Part shown: positions 39,481 through 52,600 of the stretch, in pieces
Position numbering within the stretch: position 1 is the first letter of the stretch
Layout of the letters: every line of letters begins with the position of its first letter
Assembly: GCA_016748015.1 (NCBI GenBank)
Contig: JAAOMT010000690.1
Coordinates: 248,001 to 312,000, forward strand
Origin: Geosiphon pyriformis uo1
Lineage: Eukaryota; Fungi; Glomeromycota
Length of the DNA stretch: 64,000 nucleotides
Reading direction: 5' to 3'
Translations under genes and position numbers: made by a program
Notes under the pieces: model-generated
What the model was told of the DNA's origin: nothing
What the model saw: only the letters and a program-made list of their open reading frames with translations
Databases searched by the model: none

Positions 39481-41512
39481 TAAAACTTACTTACTATTTA
39501 TTATCTAAGAAAAGTAAAACAAAACCTGCCTTATTTAAAAAACTTTTATTTGGTTTTTTGTCAAAAGCATAAATAGTATATAATTATATTAAAAATATTC
39601 AATTTTATTTTAAAAACAGTTTAATTTTAATTATTTTAGTTTCGATGAATTTATTTTACATGTTTTTATTTATGTTCATTAGTAAAAATTATTGTTATTA
39701 ATAGAAAGTTTCTATTATAATAATTAATATTAGATAAAATTTTTATAATTGTTCTATAAATACTTCTTATTCCCATTTTTGAAAACTTTTGTTGTGAAAA
39801 TCTCTATAAATATATTGTGATGAAAAATATTGTTTTTTATTAGAGTTTGAAAATTTTAGAATAAAAAAAAAACATGAAGATTTTAACAACTTTACTATTA
39901 TATTACAAACATTTTTATTATTATTTAAGTTAAATTGGTTAAATCATAAGTATTTATGTGAATGTCCACATTTTTTTTAAAAGTGATTTTCTCAATATTT
40001 TAACTTCTTATAAAATCTAAGGAAATTTAAAATACTAAATTTAGCATTTAATAGCTTGAAATTTTAAAAGAATTAGGCTTTATAGAAGTGATTTTTCATG
40101 AAAGAAATAATGGTAAAATTTAAAAAAATGATTTATCATAATTTTTTGAACACAAAATCTTGCTTTTTTATATCATAAAATTCTATGTAAAGTTTTAACA
40201 TCTTTAAACTTCAAAATTTAATAAATTACTTTTAAATGTCAATGTTTCATTTAATTAAACCTGAAAACAATTATTATAATAAATTATATAGTTTCTTAAA
40301 GGCCCAAAAAACATTGTCGTTTAGAATCCGCAGATCGAAGCATTGGTAGATAAATAAAACAGTTAATTCTTTCTTTAAAAAACGTGTAAAAAACCTAAAA
40401 ATTTTGTTATTTCAATTTTATATAATAAAAAGACTATTACTGGTTGTTGCATTTGTTCTTACTTATTTAATACATCATTGGCTATAATAAATTTCTACTC
40501 TTTTTTTGCAAAGCGTTTAAAATAGATGGAAAAGGTTAAAATTGAAATTAATGATTAAGATATTTTGCCAGAAAATAATCTTTAAATGGGAAAAAATTCT
40601 TTATATTTGTAAGTTTAAATATAAAGCAAGGTTTTGGATGAAATCAAAAAAAGTTCTTTAAAATAATTATTATGTCAAATATTGTATTAAGTTTTCTTAT
40701 CTTGATATTTTCTTTTTAAAATGCAATGTTTAGTTAAATTTCATTTTCTTGGGTGACCTATTCTCCGAATTCATGAAAATTTTTCCATTTTTGTTTTTCC
40801 ATTTTTGTTTACTACTCTAATGTGATCCCATCTGATTTTACACACGTTATATGATAAACATGATTTCTCTTTCTATATGTCTGTTGGTATTCCGGTAATC
40901 AGCATTTGGAAAAACTTCCATTGGTGATCTCGTTCATTGAAAAAATTATAAAAAGCGAAGAAGCACATATTTGGGGATTGCCCAGAAATTGTGGGGAGAG
41001 ATTTTCAAAGGGGTAAAGAGTCTGATCATCAGAAAATAGCATGTATAATCACACTAAATGTGCCTCATTTTTTAAAAGATTATTATGTAAAGCTTTTTTT
41101 CCATTCTTAAATCTTTCCAGATGAAACCTGAAATGGTCAAACAATATGCCGAGTTCCTATTAATAAAAATATTAGGACATTGCTTCATAAAACCTTTTTT
41201 GTGTATTTATCAATTTGAAAAGTAATAAACTTTTATATGCATCAATTATAATTATATAGTTTTATTCTTTTCTAATAAAAACACAAATCTATAAATTTTC
41301 TCTATTTTCATGACCAATGAAATAACATTTTTTTAGGTTTATGTCTCTTTTAATAGGTTCTAAATCTTCAAAAAAAGCCTATGTCTGGTTAGCCAAAAAT
41401 GAATTCTTCAAGGTTAAAATTAGTAATTTATTATATTTAAAAATCTATAATAAGAAATTTTATAATTATTCTACATAATTAAGAAAATTAATTATTATAA
41501 TGGCACAATTCT

Positions 41513-42789
41513 TCAACAATTTTTTTCAACGAATAGCCCGAGCCCTTCCGCAAGTCTATAGTGAATTTTCCCAGTTGGATGAATACTATCCCAAAAATAA
41601 AAATTTTGCGGGTTTTCACAAATTTTTGTTTGGGTTACACATGCATCAAAAAGATTTGTAATTTTATCTGATTTGGCACGAGATTTCCGATATCTAATTA
41701 TGAAAGTTTCAGGTTCAAAGAAATAAACAATAGCATCGGTATACTGTGCTTTGAATTTCTGAATCTCAGTTTTCAGTGCTTCAGTATGTTCGACCAAGTC
41801 TTGTTTAGCTTTCATGAAGAAATTAGTGGGTGATGATTTGTATTCAGGCAAAATTGATAAGTCTGCTAGGCTAGGTACTAGGAAATTTTTGAAACCTCGA
41901 TTGTATAGTTTTGGCCAGAGTGACGCTAAACGGGTCACAATTTTTGTGGGACTGACTGTGAAGTTTGAGTCCCTGTAGTCATTTCCGGCTCCCCAAGTCT
42001 AAGATGGGTAAATAATTTTTTGTAGTAAAGAGTAATTATTATAAGTGATTAAAATTTGAAAAGTTTTCCAGCATCATTTAATCTTGTTATGGTACTTACT
42101 GTGACTAAAGTTTTGGTGATATCAAGCTGTTGAGGAAGGTTCGTTGCCAGAAAACTGTCAATTTGTTGAGCAATCCCTGGAATCACAAGACCTTTAGGAG
42201 TATAACCTGTTTTCAAATTTACAAATAAAATTCATTGATTAATCGATGAATTAAGATATGAATAAAGACAATGATTTTATAGAACTCACCTAAAGTGAAA
42301 TTAACGTCATTACTAAAAATTTTGAAAAACGAAATTGTAATTAAAAATTAATGAAAAGAATATATGACAATAAAAAATTTTAATTTTTTCACTTTGAAAT
42401 AACATACTCAATAACTGCTCCACCAAAGGCAAGATCTATTAAGGATGCATTCCATCTTTGAGATAAATATTCAGGCCAAACCGGACCATTTGAGAATCTG
42501 CCCTTGTAATAAAAAGGTGGTGGATAGGTTTTGTTTGTTAAGTTAAGTAGATTTCCATTATCTGAGGGTAGATTCAGGATAAATGAAATTTGTTACTTTT
42601 TTATTATTATTATTATTATTAAAGAATGCTGTGAGTACATTAATAGAATTAAGTTTTTCGATTCTTTTTACCCGATAATGAATCACCGAATACAACCAAC
42701 GTGTCATATTTAATTTTTGATTTGAAATGAATCGCATATGCAAAAGACGCAAAAAGTTCCAATACGAAAAAAATTGTCAAGCTTGACAT
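41513..42789 (-). CDS. Secreted GDSL/SGNH lipase/esterase, paralog 4 (295 aa), fully canonical active site
   Basis: Exons 42789-42672, 42561-42408, 42312-42290, 42206-42100, 41998-41513 total 888 nt (alternative in-frame ATG at 42804). Motifs: [50 protein letters not shown]. Confidence 0.93.
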
Positions 42790-43443
42790 TAAAAATTCCT
42801 TCATTATTTACTTTCTTTTCAAAATTTGAAAGATATCCAGAAAGTTATACGCTAAACTTGGAATGTGTCTACGAGATGAAAAATTGATTCGAATGAAAAA
42901 AAAAATAATATTGTCCAGAAGATTTATTAAGGTTCAAATATGCGTCAATTTTATGTTTTGTTTTTATATTGTGACTTATCATCCAAAAAAAAACTTTTGA
43001 AACTTTGAATAGTCAATTAAATAAGATTTTTTTCTTCTTTTCGACAATATGTTTATCAAAAATATTCCTCGGCTTTTGCTAAGATTAGAATCAAATTCAC
43101 TTAAGGTTCCAGGTATCACCACTTAAAAGAAGTATTTTTAAATAAATAGTTGAATTCTAACGGAATATTCAATGAAAAATTCTTAAAGAGTTACAATTTA
43201 TGAAGGGATTTGTTTAATTTAATATTTATATATTTCGGATTCTAATTTACATAATTTTAAAATTGTAATCACAATTACTAAAATTTAATAATAATTATCC
43301 CCACACAGGATATCCATCACCTTTGTATATCTCTAATTTTTGATGATAAATGTCTTTTTTGAGAAATTACAAAATATATCTTAATATGTTGATAAGGAGA
43401 TTTTAACCGAACGAGACGGGAAAATTTTAAAACATTCACTCCT

Positions 43444-43469
43444 AAACTAAACTAAACTAAACTAAACTA
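43444..43469. repeat. (ACTAA)n pentanucleotide repeat
   Basis: AACTAAACTAAACTAAACTAAACTA seen directly. Confidence 0.85.
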
Positions 43470-44449
43470 TAGATGTAATAACTATTTGAAGGCAAAATAA
43501 AGTGAAGTGAATGGAAAGATTTTTGATAAAATAGTTTTTAGTAAAGCTGATTTAAAACAAAGAATGAAATGATTTAATGTACAAAGTTAATATGTTACCA
43601 CAATTTTCGATGATTTATATTTTGCTCTCTATTGACAAAATATCGGTGTTGATTGATTATACCGGACCTTTTGTCTGGAGAAATATTATTACTAAATAGT
43701 CTAAAATATTAGATGACTGATCTATTTTAAAGTTTTTTTTTGTATTTAAAATCGCTTAATTTGAATTTTCGATCCTGTTTTCTTTTTCATTTACTCGAAC
43801 GCATGTTGACACATGAATCCTCCGAAACAAAATATAACCCTATCAAATGTGATCGATTTGATTCACGCGTGAATGGAACCTTTACCAGATCAGATATTTA
43901 TTTATTTTTAATCAAAAAAACGGAAAATCTTTCGATTTTATTATATAAACAAAACCGGATTAAATTCCAATAAAAAATTAATTTTGATTTATCAATGCAA
44001 TAGAAAAGAAAATATATTGAAAAGTACCAATTTTTTGTGGATAATAAGGATGATAATGAAGCTGTTAACTTTATTTAGCTATAGTGAGGCTCAAATTATG
44101 ATTAACGTCATAATTTCTTGTTTGATTATAAATGCCACCAAATGGACTGGTATTATTTTTTTTAATTAAATTAATTCTTCAGAAAATAGGAAACAATGCA
44201 AGTTTTAAGAAGTTTGGTAAATGGTTTGGTCAAAAACTTGATGATAAAACGTTGATTTTATTAGGGCTAAATTGGGGCTGTAAATTTAATCAAGTTTCAA
44301 CAATTTGTAAGAGATTTCCAAATAAATCACAATTGGTTCATTTATCACAAGGGCAAGTGACTTTAATGCTTTATATATGGAGCGTGCTGTAACAAGACCA
44401 GACAAAAGTGAACATGTAGAATAAAACAGTCAGAAAAATTAAAAATATC

Positions 44450-44870
44450 CTTACTTACCATATTCATTCATCTCGAATGGAGTCTCGGGTAACCAATTCT
44501 GGTGTCACGACTGAAAGGAATTTGTTTACAAGGTTGTACCTTGTGTGATTGACATCGCGGTGAAAAAGGGGAAGTGGTCGGTGGTCAGACGAGAGGATGA
44601 TGGAGGCCCCGGAAAGAGCAATGTTCACCGCTGTGTTTGCTTCTCTTCCTCTCGTGGTGTGATTGATCCTCCTTGCTAGTCACAGGGGATGAACGCATTC
44701 GACGGCCCCAACGTTATGCCCAGCTCCGAGGTAAAAGTAATTCAAGGCGAATATCTCCTTTATAATTATTAATTCCAGCTAACTTGGCGACAGCCGGGAT
44801 AACAGCGATGGTATTCTGAGTGCTGAGGAGGAAGCCAGCGAAAAGATTAAGAAATACCTTTTCAATAACT
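44450..44870. other. GC-richer island of unknown function (structured RNA or foreign/decayed coding fragment)
   Basis: Clearly higher GC and CpG than the flanks, no long ORF, and several complementary segment pairs. Confidence 0.4.
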
Positions 44871-45084
44871 AAAGCCACAATTGCTTGATGTTAACTTTTT
44901 GCAGCACGCTCACATAAAATATAGTTAACTAGACTTGCTTTTCATTTAAGAATTTAATAAATAAGACTAAAAAAATTTTAATTTCATCTAATAAAGTTTT
45001 TATTATATCAGAAGCTTATTGATTTTTTATGTCAGAAATTTTTAAGACAATGTCAGAAATATTAATATATCAAACCTTAAATGG

Positions 45085-45113
45085 AATTGAATTGAATTGA
45101 ATTGAATTGAATT
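45085..45113. repeat. (AATTG)n pentanucleotide repeat
   Basis: AATTGAATTGAATTGAATTGAATTGAATT seen directly. Confidence 0.85.
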
Positions 45114-45931
45114 TATATTTTATTATTCTCAAAAAATTTATTTAGGCTAACTTTCATTTGATCAGAATTTTTTTGATCTTTGATAGTTTTTCATTATTTA
45201 ATAGATTATTTATTCCGAAAGTATATATGTAATATAATTAATAAGAAATATTTCAAAATTTATATATAAAATATTTCAAAGAATACTGGATAGAATTGAG
45301 AATTTTTGATAAAATATTATTTAAGCAACATATATAGATTGTAAATAAGATATAGTTTAATTATATTGATCAAAGGTTCTCTTAAATTTACATGCTGAAA
45401 TAGTAAAAATAATAATTTATTTCTCAATAACTAAATCATATTCAAGAGTCAAAATCTTCATTGCGATTCGGTCTGGCATTGGTGATCTATTTGGTTAAAA
45501 AGCACGTTAAAAGTTGGGTATCATAAAACACATTGATCTCAGAATACCAGCAATATATGTTTCACTAGCATCAAAAATTAAGATCCAAGTCTTTGGCAAC
45601 AAAATTTTCCAGATTCATAGATTTGGAAATTGATACGAATAATGAAAGTTGCATTTCACGTTTTCCTAAAGCGTTTTTATTAAGCTTCTAATTTCTTTTC
45701 TACTTCTTAATATCGGGTTTTGATGAATCGTCACTAAGATTTGACTATTCTTTGCTTTATATAATACAAAATGTAATCATTGATGCGCACTTTCTTAAAA
45801 AGTGATCTAACTCTGAGTAAGTAAAACGTATCATCAATGATATTGCCTTTTGTTATTTGATGTCATGAAAAATTTCAGTTCAAACTATCACTTTCAGCCT
45901 TTTCCCTTATTCCAAGTAAATTTGAATCAAC

Positions 45932-46634
45932 ATGGCAAGTGTGCTGAATTTACCTGAGCTGATTTCTAAGGTCTTGCAAAATGTGCTAAATACCCAGGGG
46001 TATGTATCCCCGCATTCCTGGTGTTACTTATGTTAAAGACAAACTTTTAAAACTTTTATGTTCACAGTTTTGTTGAATTATGGCGATTGAGACCTACGAA
46101 TCACATTTGGAACGCAACTATAATTGATATAGTTCACCAACAGCTATTATCAAAATTCACATTCACTTTGGTAAGACGACTATTTCATGCCTTATGTTTT
46201 TCAGATTTGTAAATTCATTTATTCTTCACTAGATATTGAAAGATGAATGGAATGGGGTAATGACGATGCCCCTTCAAATCCATAAGCTTTCTCAAGATGG
46301 TACCTTTCATTTGAAGACACCTGAATCGCACTTTCTGACCCTGCACTTGTGTGGTGTAAACGTAGATCAACGTGATGATCCTACTGGCCGGAAATTTTTT
46401 CTTCCGCTGATCCACGATAGAAGCTTTTGCTCAATAGATCAAGGAGGCTTCTTGAAGCTTATTAACGAAGTTGCTGTCGTCTTTATGAATTATAAGCAAG
46501 GACTCGAGCTACGTGAACTAAGAATCCCACAAAATCGGCTTCTTAGACTTATTGATGATTTGTACATGACCATGTTAGAATATAAGTCTATTACTAACAA
46601 TTTGGAAACACATAACGTTGTTAAAGAATGTTAA
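45932..46634 (+). CDS. Small protein (190 aa) with N-terminal F-box-like motif
   Basis: Exons 45932-45999, 46068-46170, 46233-46634 total 573 nt in frame, GT-AG introns. The N-terminus MASVLNLPELISKVLQNV...LWRLRPTNHIWN fits the F-box pattern LPxE(L/I)...LxxVxxxW. The gene model is well supported, but the domain call is tentative. Confidence 0.72.
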
Positions 46635-49600
46635 ACTTGGCCAATTTATCGATATTTTGTGAAAGATACATCTAAATATCATCAAATAGTATTTTGGTTA
46701 GAGATATTTATTGATTTATTTCAATAAACAAATATCAACATTTAATTCTTACTTTAATTAAAAAAAGTACATAATTCAAAAATATTTAGTGTTTAAAATA
46801 AAATAAAATTCTTTTGATCAAATAATGAGAATGTACATAAATATTATGAAAAAAGATTTTAGACAAAGCATTTCATGTGAAAAAATTAATCATAGTTTTG
46901 AAAAACTTTTCAAAAACAGAAACTATTATTTAATTTTATGTGTGAAATGAACACTTATTTCTAAATTTCTATTTGCAGAAATTTCAAAACAAATAAATCA
47001 TATCTTTTAATATATCTAATAATAATAAAACTAAAGCAATTTTATTATTAAATTATATACCTTGGTATTTTTACAATATGGAAACAAACTGACAAAGTTT
47101 CAGTCAAAAGCTATCATGGGTATGTAAAATATCACCGAATTTCCCGAATCTGTTTCCAGCTTTTCAAGCAGATTAACACCATTTATGGAAATAAGCAATT
47201 AGATTATTCTTGTTTTGTTTTTTTAATTGTTTCTTTTAGTTAATAATCTCCAAAATATATTTTTAATGTTATTAAAATTTTTTATCATGTTATTATTGTC
47301 ACAAATCCATAATTTATTTTAAGATTTATTAAAAAAAGTATTCAAATATAAAAAAAAAGCTAAATCTGTTTGCGGTTTTTTAAGTAAATTAACACTAATT
47401 ACAAAAATACTTATTTAAATTAGTTTTGTTTATTTGCTCCAATGTTTTATTTTATTTATTTTTTCAATTCTGTTTTAACTTAATAATTATTTTAGAGCTA
47501 TTATAATTACAAATACATAATTTCTTAATTGATATCTTAGAAAATTAAGTTTATTAATATTCTGTAAATAATAAGTGTTTAGCAATCCAAAAAATCTAAT
47601 AATTTTTTTGTTAATCTTTAGCTATATTACAAGCAGTTCAAAACAATTTTATATATTATGTTTTGTATTATGCCAAAAAATTTCAAAAATAAAATTATTT
47701 TTTATTTCAAGTCTCTAATAAGTACTTTGATAATGTTTGTTAAAAAAAAGTATAGAACTTTTAAATTCTGTATTAACTATTAAAATTTTGACTAAATTAT
47801 TATTAAAAAATATTATCTATTGTCCTAATCTTAAATTTATTGAACCAATTATATTTTGTTCAAATGTTTACAATCTGAGCATATGCATTTCAAATATATT
47901 ATAGTTATATTAAATATTTAATTATGTTATTTGGTTTAAAAAATATATTTATTATGTTTTAATATTTAGTAAATAACATCTTTAGAAATTATTTAGTTTA
48001 ATTTATTGTCTGTTATTTTAATAACATTTTTATTTATTTCCAAAATCAGAAGAATTACAATAAACATGTATATCTTAATTTTAAACAACTACAACAACAA
48101 AAATTATATATTAAACTTGAAAAATACACATTTAACCAATTTCAAATTGAAATTTTTAGCTATATTATTTTATTAGAAAGTATTTCGATGAATTAAAAAC
48201 AATTTTAAATAAAACAGTACTATATTCTGTAAAAAAATATTTAAAATTTTTTAATTTTTATTATTAATTTATTAAGAGCTATTTGAATTTTATTGCTATA
48301 TTAATTGTTTTAACATATAAAAATAATTTTTTTGGATGAATTTAACAAGCTAATGCAGCATTCCAAATTTTAAAACAAATTTTTTCTATTATTTTTATTT
48401 TAATTTATGTTAAATTATATATTGTTAAAACTACTGCCTTAAATTTTGTTTAAAAAGTTATATTATTATAATTTAAATCAGATAACCATTTATATTCTGT
48501 TGTTTTTTATTTGTTAAAACTCTTTATTTATAAAATTAATTATCAAAAAACTTTTAACAATTATTATTGCTTTTAAACAGTAATATGATTTTAATTTAAA
48601 CTTTTACTTTATAGTTTTATTTATTGCTTAATTATAGTTAGTCATATATATTAGCCACTGATGTTATTATATAACCATTTTATTTTTAGAAATTAGTTAC
48701 TAATATAATTATTAACTTGATTAATAACTTGATCATTGACTTAATTGTTAACTTGGTTATTAACATAATTATTAACATAATTATTGACCAAATTACTGAT
48801 TTAATTATTAACTTGATCAATTATTTCTTTTTAATAATTTTAAAGCTGTAGAAAAATATTTTTTAGACAAACCAAAATCACTTAAAACAAAAATTAATAT
48901 GATGATATTAATTTCTTTTTTTTACTATTTTTTTTAATTTGTTAGTTTGTAAAATATATTGAATTAATATTTATTAAAAAATAAAACTGATATTTGATGT
49001 TAAATTTTAAGAATGCTAACATAAGACATAGAATTATATCAGTATGTTATTTTTTTACTTTCAGATTTTTTTGTTATCTTTTAGGAAGAATAGCGATTGA
49101 AATATTTATAAAACTAACTTTGTACATTAAATTTTTATTAATTCAATTTACTCATTAAAGTTGAATTATCATTTTAATTATTTTTATTATCATACAATAC
49201 TGGTTTTCTTTGCTATCTATTAACATATTATATTTAAGTATAACAATATGAAATAATTGTTTTTTATAATTACGAAAACTTTAATATTTTTCAACAACTA
49301 AAATTTTTAAATAATTTCAAGTTTAATAATCGATTTTTATGGTAGATTTCAATTTTGTAATTTTTATAAAACTAGATTGTTATAAAATAAAGCTAATGTT
49401 TATTATATTATGTATAAAAAGAAAAATAAAGTTTATGGCAAACAAAAGATTATATTGCTTAAGATTAAACATTTTTAAAATAGCTATTATTTTTGTATTT
49501 TGTTTGGATCTAAAATTTAAAAAAGCAATTAAACAATATACAAAAATCAATAAATATTTCAAAAAATTGACAATAATATTTTAACTTATAATCTTTTAAT

Positions 49601-52600
49601 TATAAAGTTTTATAATAATTTAATCCCTGTTTTTAAAAATTTTAAATTATTTTCAAATTTAAAAAAAAAAGTTATAGCAGTTTACTTGTTGGTTATTTTA
49701 AAATCAATAAAACTTTAGAACTTATTATTGATAGTTTTGACAATAAAAGTTTGTTTAATTTTTTGTTTTAAACTTTTTATTATATTATAATTTTTTTTGA
49801 CTTATGTCTTTTTAAACACATTATCATTGTTTTTAATTATATATTTGTTTTTTTAGCTATTTATTTATTTTTTTTAATTATATTATTATTATTTAATTTG
49901 GGTTGTTGGTCACATGTAAAAAGTATAGAAACAATGGTAAGTATGTAATTTTTTATGTTATATGTAATAAATAATGGTTGTACTACACTTTTAAAAGCTG
50001 AAAAAAAATTATCTAATTAATTATTTGCTTAGTTAATTACTTTTTAATTAATCGTCTATTTAATTAATTATTTCTTTAGTTAAGAACACTAAATTTTTCT
50101 ATTCATATTATAAGTTACAATGTTTTAATATCACTTTCATATTATATTGTAACTTATAAATAGTTAAATATACAATAACAATTCTTTTTGTCTGATTAAT
50201 ATCAGTTATTACCTTTTATTCTTATAAATATTTGATTTTTTTTTTACCTGAAATTCTTCCAATTTATCTTAATAAAGTTTTCACTTTGTAAAAAATTTGT
50301 TTAAATTAATCGTCGCTTAGTTAAAATTTGGAAATAGTTTTGGAATAATCGCCATTAATTGAAAAATTGGATGATTTTTGTGACAAACATGAGGAGAAAG
50401 ACTGGATATTCTATTTGAGATTAGCAAAGAAATAAGGAGTCTATATAATCTTCTCTGCCAAAAAGTCTAGAATTTAAAAACACGTTAACAGTCAACTATG
50501 TCAATCTTGAAATATTTTAAATGTTAAAGCAATGAAAAGATGAATTTAGAGAAAAGAAAGAGAAAGGAAATACAAAAAAGTAGAAAATTTATCAATTCAA
50601 AAGAGCAAACAAATAAATTAACTAATGAAAAAAACAGATTTGAATCCCTGATTGCTCTTGTGACACCATGTTCACTTTGTTTGGTGTTTCAGCAGTACAG
50701 CATGTCCCAAATAAAATGGTTTATGTAAAAGAGAACAAGTTGTAATACAATTATGGGCGTAAATGTAGAACATCACATGCACTAAAATGGGGTGATTTCA
50801 AAAGCCACCACCACCTAATCCTATAAGGCGCGATCTTATTTTCATTACTTGATGTATGAAAGATAAAATTTTAATCGAAGAAAAATCCAAAATATTTTTC
50901 TTTCCAAAAATTACACACAAAAGCTAAATAAAATTTGATATTGGAAATAACCGCGCGACAAGTAAACAATAATCCTTTTTTTTTTGAAATTTTTAATGGC
51001 AACAGCAGAGGAAACTTATTTTTTAAAATTAGTTTCTGAATGAATTTAACTTCAAGAACTTGCGATAGGACTTAAAACACCATATTTTGGCAAAAAAAAG
51101 AAGTTGAACAAAATTTAACTTTTTCTATCAGCCGAAATAAAGTTTTCTTCTCATTTAATAAAGGAAAATCATTTTACCTAATCAACCTTTTAAATGTTCT
51201 CAATAGAAAGATTGTGCATTCTAACCTTCTAATTTTGAGTATTTATTCGATTCGACTTATCTCATCCTATTACTTAATATTGGTCATATTATAGTTAATA
51301 TAACTACCATAAAATTTCCTTTGTACATGTAGCACGAAATCTCAACGCCCACAAAAAATTTGATATCTTCATTTTTCACTAAAAATCTAGTTTAAAATCC
51401 TCGATTTCAATAATATTTTTTATCGAAAATCGTTAATATTTTCCCTAAAAAAAGTTTATTCATTACAACATCAAATAATCAAAGGTTTATACTCCCAACA
51501 TTTGTGAAAAAAGATTCAAAATATTTCTTATGCATTAATTTAGTTCCAATTGTGAAAAATTTAAAATTCGCTTACATTATACACTTAATAGTATTAAGAA
51601 AGTTTCGACTGTTGATAAAATTAAATACTTTGAATTTATTATGAATTCTCAACGTGGGATTGGGGAATATAAAAAATTAATTTAACATTAAAAATCGAAA
51701 AGGTTTAGCGAGATAAAACCTAATGAGTTCACAAAAAAGTTATGGTATTCTGTGAAAATGAAAAACGCTGATGTAACCCGAAAAATTTAAAATAAGATAC
51801 AAACGAAAGGATAAGTCGTGACCCGAAAAATTGATTTGAACATCCGTGAGTTTCGAAATAAACGTAGTGAAAAATTCTTAGTTTTAAAGGTAGTCATATA
51901 GTAAAAATTGGAAATTGGAATGATGATTGGTAGTAAAAATTTGAACGTGCCAAAAAATAAAGAAGAAAAAGAACAGAAAATTATTTAAATGAATATATAC
52001 AAAATTGTGATTTACAATATTTACAAATAATGAGAGACATATAACCTAGTTTTTTTTGTAGAGCATAAGTATAAAAATTAAAATCTTAGTTGTGAAATGT
52101 TTCACAAGGGATATCTTAGTTGATTTTTGCTTTAGGTAATGTTTTTTTGAATTAGGTAATGTTTTTTCTTTTTTAAGTTAAAAGTTTTTCCTGGACAACT
52201 TTTAACTCGGTAATCAATAATTCCAGAAATAACCTAAATTTAGGTCGAAAGAGACTTATGGTTTTGTCTTTTTTTATCATATTTAGTTGAATGAGAATTT
52301 TGTTTAGAAAGGACTGTATTGATGATGATTATGATGATAGGATAAATATAATAGGTAATTTCGAGTGGGAAGGAAAAATCTTAAAGATATATTTTTAGTG
52401 GTTTGAGCATTTCATTCAGTTTTTCTTAATTGCAAAAATCTATTAAGAAACCCAAGGGAAAGAAAATCAACCGTTGGCACTTGATATAGCTGAAATTTTA
52501 CCAAGTACAGAATATTCCTGATCTAATTTTTTTTTCATTTCAATATGACACAACGCTTGAGCATTTGTTTACCAAACAAAATAAATGCTATTAGGAAAAT

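Noticed and set aside
44451-44460. TTACTTACC resembling the U1 snRNA 5' end
   Set aside because: It lacks ATACTTACCTG and the following U1 stem-loop motifs, and is equally explained as a minus-strand splice donor.
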